Source: Hormiphora californensis
Taxonomy: Eukaryota; Animalia; Ctenophora
Reading direction: 5' to 3'
DNA: 64,000 nucleotides
Assembly: GCA_020137815.1 (NCBI GenBank)
Contig: CM035355.1
Coordinates: forward strand, 5,828,001 to 5,892,000
Shown here: positions 11,881 to 34,419 of the stretch, in pieces
Layout of the letters: each line of letters starts with the position of its first letter
Position numbering within the stretch: position 1 is the stretch's first letter
Program-made: the position numbers and the translations under genes
Notes under the pieces: model-generated
What the model was told of the DNA's origin: nothing
Database searches by the model: none
The model's input: the letters and a program-made list of their open reading frames with translations, nothing else

Positions 11881-13103
11881 CTACTGTCTAACGTAAAACA
11901 AATCCTGCTCTATAGGTTTTCCCACCCAACTACCGTATCCAGCCTCAGCCAAGCCATCGAAAACTCTCTTTTTTCGAAGTTGGTACACCTCTGCGTCTGC
12001 CTTGACAGCGTTGTAGTACTGTTCTTGGTATGGCGTACTCTTCGTAACGACAGAACACACTTCGTTAAATTTCCTAGAGGGGGAGAGAGGTGAGCGAGGT
12101 GAGAGAGAAGAGAGGGTAGGGTAAATAGAGGTGAGAGAGGTGAGAGAGAGAGGGCGGGTAAATTTAGTAACGATAGTTAAATGATCAGTTTTATAGGTAG
12201 TTAAATAGACAAGGGGTTTAAGAAAAAAATTTGTGATAGAAAATATGGCATACGAAAATGCAGACAACCACTATCTTTCAAGATGCGATACAATTCTAGA
12301 ACATCTGATTCGATGAAATCTAATTCTAGGAAATCAGAAGACAAGTATGTTTTGTAAACTCTAAACTTACTTAAAAAGAGATTTTTTGGACAGTCTACTT
12401 GGTTCTCCATTTGTCTTCAATCCCACGCTTGTTTTGATGACTTCGGTGGCTGTTTCACCGAGAATCCAATCTTTAGCGTAGTCTAAGAATATGGTGGTGT
12501 TAGCATTTCAAACTTTTAAAAATCACTTAACAAATTAATTTTATTAATGTTTTACTCTAATAATAGGTGTCATAAAATATTAGAACTTGTTAAGGGTAAA
12601 ACACATGTTAGAGACAGATGGAATTGTAACTGGTATTTGTGATTGGTAGTTACTTACTGCAGGATTTACAGGGTACTCGGTGCTCCTGCGGTGATACAGG
12701 CAGGATCAGTAGATCAGAGGGAGATGCACCAGGAGAGGCAGTTGACTGGAGGAGAGATGAAATTGTGAAATTGGAACACAACTGTTTAGTATACATATTG
12801 TTGGAAAAAAGTTAGAATAATCAACTCAATTGAACTCAAAGATAGTTCCATCACTGTAGGCTAGTTCTCGGCTAATAACGCTGATTATATCTCACCTCAC
12901 CTCTAGATACAAGTGCCGAGACCCCCAACCCCGGTTCCCCCACCCCTGCTCACCTCAACTCTAGATACGAGTGCCCGTTGGATGTGGGCCTTATGGAAGA
13001 GTCCACCTATAACAACAGACTTGAGGAAGACAGGCTGGATGAAGTGGGAGAGCATGGCTCCCTGGACCCCAACAGCGTTCCATATAGCCATCTGAAAAGA
13101 GCA

Positions 13104-13191
<88 letters not shown>

Positions 13192-16100
13192 TCAGAGAGA
13201 GAAAGATCAGAGAGACAGAGAGAAAGAGAACATACCTTGTCACTGCAGGACATGGTACAAAGTCTCTCCCCCGCCATTATCCCATCCCATGTTTGATGCG
13301 AAGATTCTCTATTGCTCACTGGTATCGTCCCCTCGCCACACTCGATCTTACTTCTCAGTACACCTCTGCTTAGCTGCTGAAATAGATTCAATGTTAAAAT
13401 ATGAAACGATAAAACGATAAAAATATGAAAAGATGAAACGATAAAAATATGAAAAGATGAAAATATTAAAAGATGACAGGATAAGGTTTGAGAGTGCTTG
13501 CCCTATCTCTTGTTATTATGTCCCTATTACAGGGTAAAGAATTTAAATAATAAAACTTGATTGTGAAAGATGTGGTAATCTCTGAATAGTTTGTAGTCTC
13601 TCGAAGGTTTTTAATTTGTCAGATCGCTATCTTGACAGATTCTTATCAAACTTGAAATTTTGAGGGGCCAGTAACTGTAACTTGTCACTAACACTTCACA
13701 GTTTGTATAGTCTAGACAGCAGCACAAGTTGTTATCTTGATAGTTGTTTATTTTGACAGTTTGCTGTTAGCACTGGTTCTTATCTGGACAGTTTGGAGGG
13801 AAACTGCACCAAATTTGGGTTGTCTGCTTGAAAATAAGAGATTGTATCCAGATTCAAATTTAAGATCCACAGATAACGCTAAATATCTCCAGATAACACT
13901 AACTCAGATAAAAACTAAATATTGTTGGCGTGAATTGATGGTGGGTTGTGTTCTATTTGTATTTTATCATAAATTCATTTACCCGGAAACAGTACTGAGG
14001 TACATAATTTGACTCGAATTGCAGTCTTGATTAATTACATCATAACATTCATTTGGAACATACGTTCAACCGAATAATGCTCGAACAGCTGGCAGTGAAG
14101 ACCGAGCGGCTGGTGAAAGGAGCGGCTGGTGAAGCGAAGTATTCCTACTTAAACGAACGAGGAGTGCATCCCCATTACCTTATACACACCTGTAATAATT
14201 AAATAGGCCACCAACCACCCAAATCGTAACAGCACCCTTGAAAAAGCTATGTACAAGCCAGTAGATCAACCCGATTACGTATCCTTAACAGACAAGTGAT
14301 GCGTTCCCTCACTGACGTTCCCGATATGAAGGCAGAACTATTTCAATCACAATATACCTAAAAATACTCTGCACTCCTTCAAACTCTTTATCTTGCTGCA
14401 GACAATATTACCCCTTCTACATATAACATGTTTTCTCCACAGCCGGTATTGAAAAGGCATTACATGACCTCAATCCCTCCTCCAGACGCAGCAATGACAG
14501 ACAAACCTCAGCCGGCCCACCAGGAGATATTTCTGATGTAAGTAATTGACTTGGAATCCGCAATCAAACACGGTCTGATTCTATAACGACAAATTTAAAT
14601 TTAAATAAACACATAACAGTGGTGCTCCGTCATATTGGCCTCCCGCATAAAGCGTCGCCCAAAGCGTTGTCCGTCAAAAACGCACTTCGCTGATATTGAA
14701 AGCGTTTTTGCACGTTTTGGACGTCGTGGACAACGCTTTGGGCGACGCTGTTCACGGAGCACTACTGTAATAAAATATGTATGTAAACACAAACACCAAA
14801 TAAATAGTCTCTGCTAGTATTATAGATGGCACTCTAGAAGATGATGATCTGGCTCTCTTTCGTATAGTCCTCTTGCAGTACATGGGAGCCAGTCGCTTTG
14901 CCAGTCACCAGTCTATTGGTCACCGATCCATCGGTCACTGCCAGCTGTTTGAGCATGATTCGGTTGAACTTAAACTGTTCCAAATAATAGTAAAAGAAAT
15001 GGGTGATGTAATTTCTAAGACTGATTAAATTCGAGTCAAATAATGAATATATTGTATCCCTGTAACGTTCCCGGGTGAATGAAAATAATAAGATATGAAA
15101 GTAACAATGTCTCCAGATGAAACTAAATATATTCCAACATAACAACCTGGTTACTGCCCGTGCCATCCTCTGTCTCACTGTTTCCACAGTAGATCCTGGC
15201 ATCCCCACAGGGGGCAGTGGAGATGTACAGATGGAAGGACAAGCCTGGGAGGAGGTGGTGGGGTTAAATAAAGGGACTTTGATGATTAAGGACAGGCCTG
15301 GGAGGTGGTGGTGGGTGTTGTGGGATGATGTGATTGAGCAATGTTTAAAAAAAATTGTGATGGTCGAATTTATAATATTAGTATCCCTTTACATATTAAC
15401 TAATACAAGCCCCTGAGATGTTTGAATAATCTAGAATAATAGCCGTGCTAAATAACCGAATATAGTAGTAACCGGTGGTGAATTTTACACATACGACCGC
15501 ATCATAATATGTAGTACAGTACTGAGTTTGGTTACTTAGCTACCCCTAGTTACCCCTGGTTACCTGGTTGCACCGTCAGCAAGAAGGGAGGGTCAGGAGA
15601 TTTAACCAGAATACTAGTTTCCCTACTATGAAACCTTTTCACTTGTTCCAGAAGGAACCTTTTAAAGGCTCGTCTGGCAAGGACCTCGGCATGGCAGTCG
15701 TTAACAACGTTGCCAGAGGTACTCAGATTCTCTCCGTCTATACACTTGGTACCAGTACTGAGAACCAGGACTTGGAGGTCGTCCGAGCCTGATACATCCG
15801 ACTGAAGGGAGATAGGTTGCGAGTTATATCCGACTGAAGGGAGAGAAGTTGTGAGTTTCATCCGACTAAAGGGAGGAGTTTCTCTTTCTATCTCGAATTT
15901 CCAAACCATATCAACAGACAAGTACTACAGTGTGAGCTAGAAAGTGAAGTTTTCCAAGGACTCTGGACATCAGGAACCGACCGACACAAGTAAACAACCA
16001 ATCAGAACTCGTTATTTAGGTCACGTGACTGGTTATCAGCCAATCAGGGACCAGTATTTCCTGATTCGGTCGGTTCCTGCAATATACCTTGTCAGATTTC

Positions 16101-19100
16101 CGGACCAGAATCCCTGCTAGAACCTTTCTCTTTATCTCGTGCTCCAACAGCCCTTCCGTCAACTGTGGGATGTGGGGTTGTTATGTTCTAACCCTCCTTT
16201 CCAATAACTGGGGACGCGGCGAGAGAGGGTCGAGCAAGGCAAGGGTTTATTCTGTAATACTTATCTTTTTACAATCAAATTCAGATATTTTCATAGATCT
16301 GTTTACTGCAGAATTACCTTTTCATATTTTTGTTTCACAAGGTTTGAAACAGCACGAGCAAATGCCAGCTCATCGGTAGAGTAATCTTCAGCCTTCCAAC
16401 TCTGACTCTGTAAATAAGATTTTAGTTGTTTAATCCTATACCTCACAGCTCATAAAATGAGCCATGACTCATGAAATCAATATGTAACAATGAAAATTAG
16501 TTGTTGGATTGCCCTCTCCAAACCGGGCAGTGTGCGAGACCTATAACAGTCATAGTGTATAGTATGACAACATGCCCCGGGAATCCCCACCCTGCACCAC
16601 TTACCAGTGCGGTAGTGCTGTGCTCAGTGTGTCCCAACTTCTCTTGTAAGACCTGTAGGGCCGCATTTAGTTTGGCACCTTTCTTGGTTGTCCCAGTCGC
16701 TACCCACTCTTCCTTTTTGATTGTCAGGGTGGCCTCAAACTTCTTACTGTGGTCCGGATTGTTAGGCACCTAACGGGAGAGAGTTGGTGAGAGATTGTTA
16801 TTTAAGTAATTTAATATTTATATCGCTCTCGAGTACACATAGTATACTATTACTAGTTGTTAATCAATCGATTGTCGATTCATCCACATGAGAACGTCGA
16901 ACTAAATTCTGGTAGGGTAAAATAATACGCGGAGTGAGCTGAACAAACCTCCATGATTTTCAAAGTAGGATGGAATATTTGGTTCACTAGTGCCAGGGCA
17001 TTCATCTTGCTCTCCGGGTCTGCTTTTTCAAGTAGAGTTTTAGCATCTATTACTGGGTCCGATATCCCATTAGTTCCATTCACGCCATTGGTCAACTTCT
17101 TTCGGCCATTTCCTGCAGATAAACACTGTTATAGTATCATGTGGTAATCATGAGCCAGTTATCAGCAGAGGGAGACCTACAAAGTAGAAACAATAATATC
17201 CTGGTAACTCTATCAGTGGAAAGAGTCTTAATAAACTAAAACTATTTGAATCTGGGTCTACCAAGATGTAAACAAACAAAAGCTATGAGTGTCTGAAGAA
17301 GTAGATACTATCCCTACCAGGAACCGACCGACACAAGTAAACAACCAATCAGAATTCGTTATTTAGGTCACGTGACTGGTTATCAGCCAATCAGGGACCA
17401 GTATTTCCTGATTCGGTCGGTTCCTGATTCCTACCTTTAGAGTGTTCACCAACATAACCCTGAACATCCTTCAGCTCAGGGGCAGGGGGTATCAGGAACC
17501 TTCTAATATCCTCCCTGCAAGACTCCAGTTTAGCTATTAGAAACTGGGCAGCAGCAGCACGGGCATCCTTCACTTTCCTTCCACCACCTGTAGTTACTTG
17601 GTGAAGTATTGACTTGGGGTAATGACGTAACGTCGTGAAGTATTGATACGCGCTAATGATATCATTTAACAAGTCATAGTAATAACTATGACAGAATATT
17701 AATTATTGTATCTACTATTGTATATTTTCGGTTGAACAGAGCTACAGATATGATTATCATTATAAATGGGACGTTAAGATTACCAATGTAAATTTCTGGT
17801 ACATGTTCACCTTTCCCTATGTATGTCACGTTGTCAATGGTAACGGAGCAGGATACTTCAAAGTTGGATATCCGCATCTTGGGTCCGAGTTGTTGGAAGG
17901 AGAAATGGTTCTGTTTAAATACTGGCAGTGGTATCAGTGCTTTCTGGCAGAATTCCTAAAAAATTGTTATTTTCAGAAAGGCTGCATCGTAAAGGCCATA
18001 TTAGGTGTTATAAACTGCTGTATAATATAGTGCATTATATTCATTTATTAATCATTATTAATACTATTCATGATTGTACCATTAATATTTAGACTCAAGA
18101 ACCCCAATTTATTAGCGAATATAATGATATCATGATAAGATATCATGAATATTTTGGCACAAAACCCCCAATTTACCTGCACAAGAGAGATGGGATGTTT
18201 CGAATTCATGATATCAAAAAGGGGTCCATGGTGGGGTATAGTTGGCACAGGCTCCTTCTTTACTGCAGATGGTTTCTTTGTCTTCTTCTTCTTCAAAACT
18301 CCCTCTTCATCTTCCTTCTTCATTGGTTTCAGTGGGCCATCCTCTTCTGTCAAATTCTCCAGAATTATCAGCATCTTCGCTGCTGCACTCACCTTGGCGG
18401 CTTTTTTATTTAACGCTAAGTAGAGTTTGTGTTAGCTTCAAGTTGTTATATAATGGAGAGTATGTGAGTGAGTCAGTTTACAACAGACAGTGCAGATGAA
18501 ATGTCGCAGATCCGAAGTGTATCACTACAGAGTGGACCATAAATTCTGAGGCCGGGGGACGATCAGGAATAGCTCCAAAAAGGTGATATAGTTGTACAGT
18601 AACTGTGTGTGTGTGTGTGTTTGTGTCACTATCACCATTGGAACATTGAATCATACCCTGTCCAGTAGTTTCAGATTGTCCCAGGATAAGTCGACAGTTG
18701 AACAATCCATTCACAATATCTTCCTCGTACACAGGCTTCAAACTATTCTTACTACAGTACTCCTGCACAGTCGACACAGGGTTCTGCTGTCTCTCTGCTA
18801 TCTTATCTAGCTCTGTCTTGTTTGATGCGATAACAGGTGAACGGCCACACAGTGCATCAAGCAGCCGGCATGCAGAATTCGCTTTAGCCTCCTTTTTGGA
18901 TGTCCCAAAACCTAGTATTAATTAGAAAAAGGGGGAGTTAATTAGATTAGGTAACCATGTGAGTGGCAACCAATTAAATTCATCTCCATCCGGCATCCCC
19001 CGTTCATCTTACCTCTATAAAGGTGCAGAGGTCACACAAACCCACGGCTACAAGGCTTTAAATGGTTACCCAAACTAACTACTAATTGTACTACTAACTA

Positions 19101-19621
19101 AGCAGTAAGCTGGGTGTTGTCGTTACCTTTATAGACGAAATCTTTGTACTGGTACCGAGGGTAATACTGGTTGACGGGATTAAAGTACACATTATACAGC
19201 GCCTCATCACGGACTCCATCCGGTACTTTAGACCGGGTTGAGACTCTGACCACAAACTTGAGGTTGTTCGTCCCCTCTACCTCCGTCAGGTCTTCATACT
19301 TGGGGACACTAATCCGGTTTTGTTGTGCCAACTCCTATTTTGAGGAGGGGGGTTGTCTAGCTAGACTCTGTTTCGTGCACCCGTAAAGGAGGGTTAGAAC
19401 ATAACAAGGGGGGGGGTGTTCAAGGAAATCGAAGATCTACACTAAAGATTTATTTGAAGTCCAAGATCTAGCATATAATTGGGATTCAGATTTTATTACC
19501 AACGCTTAAACATAATATCCGTGGATTTCTTACTTACGTATAGAGTTGAGACGGGGTTTTTCATCATTTCGGAAGCGGGTCCAATGCTTCGTTTTGGTGC
19601 CTTGCATGATCTGGACAACAT
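11881..19621 (-). CDS. ADAR: dsRNA-specific adenosine deaminase (ADAR2-like deaminase domain, four dsRBMs, no Z-alpha seen); many exons
   Basis: [19 protein letters not shown]...[77 protein letters not shown]; dsRBM starts [41 protein letters not shown]. Confidence 0.95.
13107..13230. repeat. (AG)n microsatellite forming the pyrimidine tract of an ADAR intron
   Basis: Direct observation. Confidence 0.95.
14160..14530 (+). pseudogene. Highly decayed LINE ORF2 fragment
   Basis: Broken peptide [11 protein letters not shown] ... [17 protein letters not shown] resembles the region preceding the RT domain (KAELLN..F; ..LN..KA.GPD). Confidence 0.35.
14617..14767. mobile_element. 151-bp hairpin MITE
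   Basis: TIR cagtggtgctccgt / acggagcactactg; internal inverted repeat agcgtcgcccaaagcgttgtcc. Confidence 0.75.
15971..16079 (+). mobile_element. 109-bp MITE, copy 3
   Basis: Near-identical to the other copies; 8 nt inside an ADAR 5' splice site. Confidence 0.9.
17318..17426 (+). mobile_element. 109-bp MITE, copy 4
   Basis: TSD on the minus strand GTAGGAAT/GTAGGGAT, which is the ADAR splice donor itself. Confidence 0.9.
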
Positions 19622-19708
19622 AGAATCTAAAAGTGATATCAATAATATTGTCATATTGGCGAACATTTCGAGCCGGGGACATGAGTACGATGCACCCTGT
19701 TGGGGTTA

Positions 19709-19997
19709 GGTGTGCACCTGTAAACAGGCCACGAAACACCCAGATCGTAACGGCGCCCCGAAACACCCAGATTTTTTTAACGGCACCCCTTTTTACGGGC
19801 GCCGTTACGATCTGGGTGTTTGGAGGCCTGTTTACAGGTGCACGCTGCCAAAAAAGTTGATTCACTAAAATGGCTCTAACCGCCAAACCACTCAACCGTT
19901 TTGGCTGATTCAAAGTTTATCTGGTAGGGAATGTCAAGGCCTAACCCCAACCCAAACCCTAACCCTAACCCTAACCCTACGTTAGCCCTAACCCTAA
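19709..19997. repeat. Inverted-repeat element plus (CCCTAA)n telomere-like run upstream of ADAR
   Basis: gtgcacctgtaaacaggcc ... ggcctgtttacaggtgcac; cctaaccctaaccctaa at 19940-19997. Confidence 0.65.
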
Positions 19998-20183
19998 AAA
20001 CCGTTTGTCAGCACTCCCAAAACACCCAGATTTTAACGCTGGCCCTTTTTTTTTTGCGAAAGCCGGGGTACCGGTTCAATTAGTAAAATGGATATAGAAA
20101 TCAATCTTATCTGTACATAAATTGGGTATAATAAATTAATTCTGGTTATTGTTTTTAATCATGTATAAAATGTTAATATCATA

Positions 20184-20787
20184 AGGAACCATAATAAAGT
20201 TCAAGAGCCTCCAAGAGCACCCAAGAGCGTACCCGATCGAAGAGAGACCACACCTGAGAGCGCACCACACCCAAAAGAGACCACATCCAAGAGCGCACCA
20301 CCTCCAGAAGACACCACTTCAAGAGCGCACCACATCAAAGAGAGCTCCCCATCCAGAAGATACCACGCGCAGGGGACACCACGCGCAGAAGAGACCAGCG
20401 CGGCGTTGTATTTGCGCGTGCGGTCTCTTCTGCGCGTGGTGTCCCCTGCGCGCGGTATCTTCTGGATGGGGAGCTCTCTTTGATGTGGTGCGCTCTTGAA
20501 GTGGTGTCTTTTGGAGGTGGTGCGCTCTTGGATGGGGTGCGCTCTTGAACTTTATTAAAGTCGGATTTTTTGAAACTGTCACCCCCCTGAAATAACAAAT
20601 TTGTCATATCTCCAGTTCCTGATAAGATAGAGACTTGAAATTTGGAGGTTCGGAAGAACTTAGCAAGATCTTTATAACCTCCAAATTTCAAGTCTCTATC
20701 TCATCAGGAACCGGACTTATGGTCATTTAAAGAAATTTGAAAACTCAGGGGGGTGACAGTTTCAAAAAATCCGACTTTATGGTTCCT
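20184..20787. mobile_element. Palindromic MITE A, copy 1 (TA TSD), interrupted by MITE B
   Basis: aggaaccataataaagttcaagagc termini; almost identical to 21052-21433. Confidence 0.85.
20558..20777. mobile_element. MITE B nested in the right TIR of MITE A, TA TSD
   Basis: TA|aagtcggattttttgaaactgtcacccccctga ... tcaggggggtgacagtttcaaaaaatccgactt|TA; removing it restores the MITE A end. Confidence 0.9.
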
Positions 20788-21051
20788 TATTGCGATCACT
20801 AAAACTCTTCGGGCCCTTTTTTTACACTTCTTTGAAGAAACAACAAGCCGACACTTTGTTGACCCCCCCCCCCTCGTTGAAAGTGCGCTGCAAATTTAGT
20901 TTAAAACGTAACGCGCGTAAAATTGTATTTGTGTATTGCATTGGCGACGCGCATTTACATGGCTCGCAAAATCAAAACGTTTTTGACTTTTGTGACTTTT
21001 TCAAGCCTCCCTTGAAAAGCGCTGCGTTTGCTTGAAAAGCGCTGCCTTATA

Positions 21052-21433
21052 AGGAACCATAATAAAGTTCAAGAGCCTCCAAGAGCACCCAAGAGCGTAC
21101 CCGATCAAAGAGAGACCACACCTGAGAGCGCACCACACCCAAAAGAGACCACATCCAAGAGCGCACCACCTCCAGAAGACACCACTTCAAGAGCGCACCA
21201 CATCAAAGAGAGCTCCCCATCCAGAAGATACCACGCGCAGGGGACACCACGCGCAGAAGAGACCAGCGCGGCGTTGTATTTGCGCGTGCGGTCTCTTCTG
21301 CGCGTGGTGTCCCCTGCGCGCGGTATCTTCTGGACGGGGAGCTCTCTTTGATGTGGTGCGCTCTTGGAGTGGTGTCTTTTGGAGGTGGTACGCTCTTGGA
21401 TGGGGTGCGCTCTTGAACTTTATTATGGTTCCT
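21052..21433. mobile_element. Palindromic MITE A, copy 2
   Basis: Intact TIRs and TA TSD; inserted into sequence related to the 10150-10200 repeat. Confidence 0.85.
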
Positions 21434-22104
21434 TATCCCGCTATCGGGGGCCAGCAACGTTTGCCAATGCGTTTGCCAATCCCTCATGACTCATCCCCGA
21501 GGCCCGAGTGACATTCGTAGAGGGAGGATTTTTTGGCCAAAATTTGGCCTTGAATTACTGGTCGCCATAAAAAAGAAAAAGTTAGCTAGATGCTTGCTCT
21601 TCGAGCAGCGACTCCGATTCCAATCACTTGATTTTTTAGCAGAATGGAAAAAGATGGTATGACGTAAACGAACATGAATATCGATGAAGCAGAAAATTGA
21701 AAGCAAGTTGAATGTAACCAAATCAGAGCAAGTGGAGCTTCATGTTCTAGTCGCTAATCCAGCTGCGTGGCGACCTGACAGCTGGCAAGCTTACGAAAGA
21801 GGGGCATCCATTAGTATCGGGTTTGTGAAGTAAGTTGATTGATTTCGGTTGAAATTTTTGTATAATTTCACTAAAATTAAATATCTTTTCCAGGACAGAA
21901 TTTCTGACAACACTATTTGACCTCCGATCACTTCTGATACAACAGCTCCGACCAGAGAGTCTTCCTGACCAGTATGTGTACCTAAGGACGGTGGGACGAG
22001 GGGCCACCGTGTGTAGCTCCCGCCAAGAACGGACTCTCAGAGCTCGAGATTTTGCACCTCCCTTCTACGCTCACGCTGAGATTTGCATCCTGTCCTCGGA
22101 AAAC

Positions 22105-32662
<10,558 letters not shown>

Positions 32663-32729
32663 TCTGCGCGCAACAATGTGTCTCACGGAAGAACTGTTGA
32701 AATCTGTCCAAACCTCGGCACGGTATTTT

Positions 32730-33729
32730 AGTAAGGTGATTTAACTCAAATTTTAGCCTCAACCACAAAAAAAATTGTTACAAAGGATTTCCACCTCAAA
32801 TGTACTCCTAAGGGTCCCCTCTATCGATTCCAACCAATGCTCATATTTGCTCAGGGGTGCTAAGGCCTCATTTCCGGGTGGGCGTGGTACCTGTATTTTC
32901 AGCCTGAGGCCAAAACCATAAGTACCCTTAAAATAGGAGTAGAGATAAAATCGAGGGCACTAGAGTGATCAGCGTCCTCGCATTAGTGGGGGTAGGTCTT
33001 GGAATTAAGTCTCTATCTCATCTGGTTAATTAGATAATTGGATAATTAGTTTTGCGCATAACCGTTTTTTGGCTATATGGCTATAGCCACTTAGGATTGG
33101 TTTAGAGACTTTTCATTGGTGCCATTTTGTAGGCAAAGCGAATTTATGGGGGGTCGACGTCGGACTTTTAAGTTCTATCTTCAACCGTTTAGCCGTTATT
33201 TGGCTTTTAAGATTCTCCAAATGAGCAAAATACGGTAAAATCCCCGATTTTGAACACCGTTAAAGCCAAATAACGGCTAAACGGTTGAAGATAGAGCTTA
33301 AAAGTCCGACGTCGACCCCCCATAAATTCGCTTTGCCTACAAAATGGCACCAATGAAAAGTCTTTAAACCATTCCTAAGTGGCTATAGCCATATATCCAA
33401 AAAACGGTTATGCGCAAAACTAATTATCCAATTATCTAATTAACCAGATGAGATAGAGACTTAATTCCAGCACCTACCCCCACTAATACGAGGACGCTGA
33501 TCACTCTAGTGCCCTCGATTTTATCTCTACTCCTATTTTAAGGGTACTTATGGTTTTGGCCTCAGGCTGAAAATACAGGTACCACGCCCACCCGGAAATG
33601 AGGCCTTAGCACCCCTGAGCAAATATGAGCATTGGTTGGAATCGATAGAGGGGACCCTTAGGAGTACATTTGAGGTGGAAATCCTTTGTAACAATTTTTT
33701 TTGTGGTGTTCCTGAATTATCACCTTACT
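32730..33729. mobile_element. 1000-bp near-perfect palindromic (foldback) element
   Basis: Arms of about 470 bp; termini AGTAAGGTGAT/ATCACCTTACT; probable 5-bp TSD ATTTT. Confidence 0.9.
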
Positions 33730-34146
33730 ATTTTCCTGTCAGGCCAATGCTCTGACCACAGTTCTCGCGAGAAATGAGAATAGGGTCAGGCCAATGCTCT
33801 GACAGGTATTTTCCGATTTCCGATGTGGATATGACAGTGGAGACGTCATATCAGAGGATTCCTTCTCTCAATGAATGCCCAACAAGAAAACAATCTCAAA
33901 ACACATTTGTTCGTTGACTCAATCGGGGTAACAATAGAAAACACAACAACAACATTAAACACATATCAAGTGGCGGGATATTCGCACACAACGGATCAGA
34001 TCTTATTTTGAACTATAATTGTTAACAGTTAACATGTTAACATAGTGTTAACTGGGGGATGACACTAGAGCCAGCTAGTGTCCCCTCTCTATCAATCTAT
34101 CATCATTATCTAATATACGTAACATCATATATAGTGTACAGTAACC

Positions 34147-34255
34147 CAGGAACCGACCGAAACAAGTAAACAACCAATCAGAACTCGTCATTTAGGTCAC
34201 GTGATTGGTGATCAGCCAATCAGGGACCAGTATTTCCTGATTCGGTCGGTTCCTG
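34147..34255 (+). mobile_element. 109-bp MITE, copy 5
   Basis: Near-identical to the other copies. Confidence 0.9.
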
Positions 34256-34419
34256 CTTTAACAGTAACCCAGAAAACATCACAAAGCTTTCGAGGATGTT
34301 TTGAATATTTGGACCCAAAATCCTATTTGAAATCTATATTACTATTTCCACAACACAAAAAATGTCCCTAAATCATACTACCCTATACTAAAGAATAGAA
34401 GTTTCATTGCAAGAAGTTT

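Noticed and set aside
15963-16087. MITE acting as an introner that forms a whole ADAR intron
   Set aside because: The acceptor that fits the deaminase alignment is at about 15802, so the intron is longer than the MITE and has its own splice sites.
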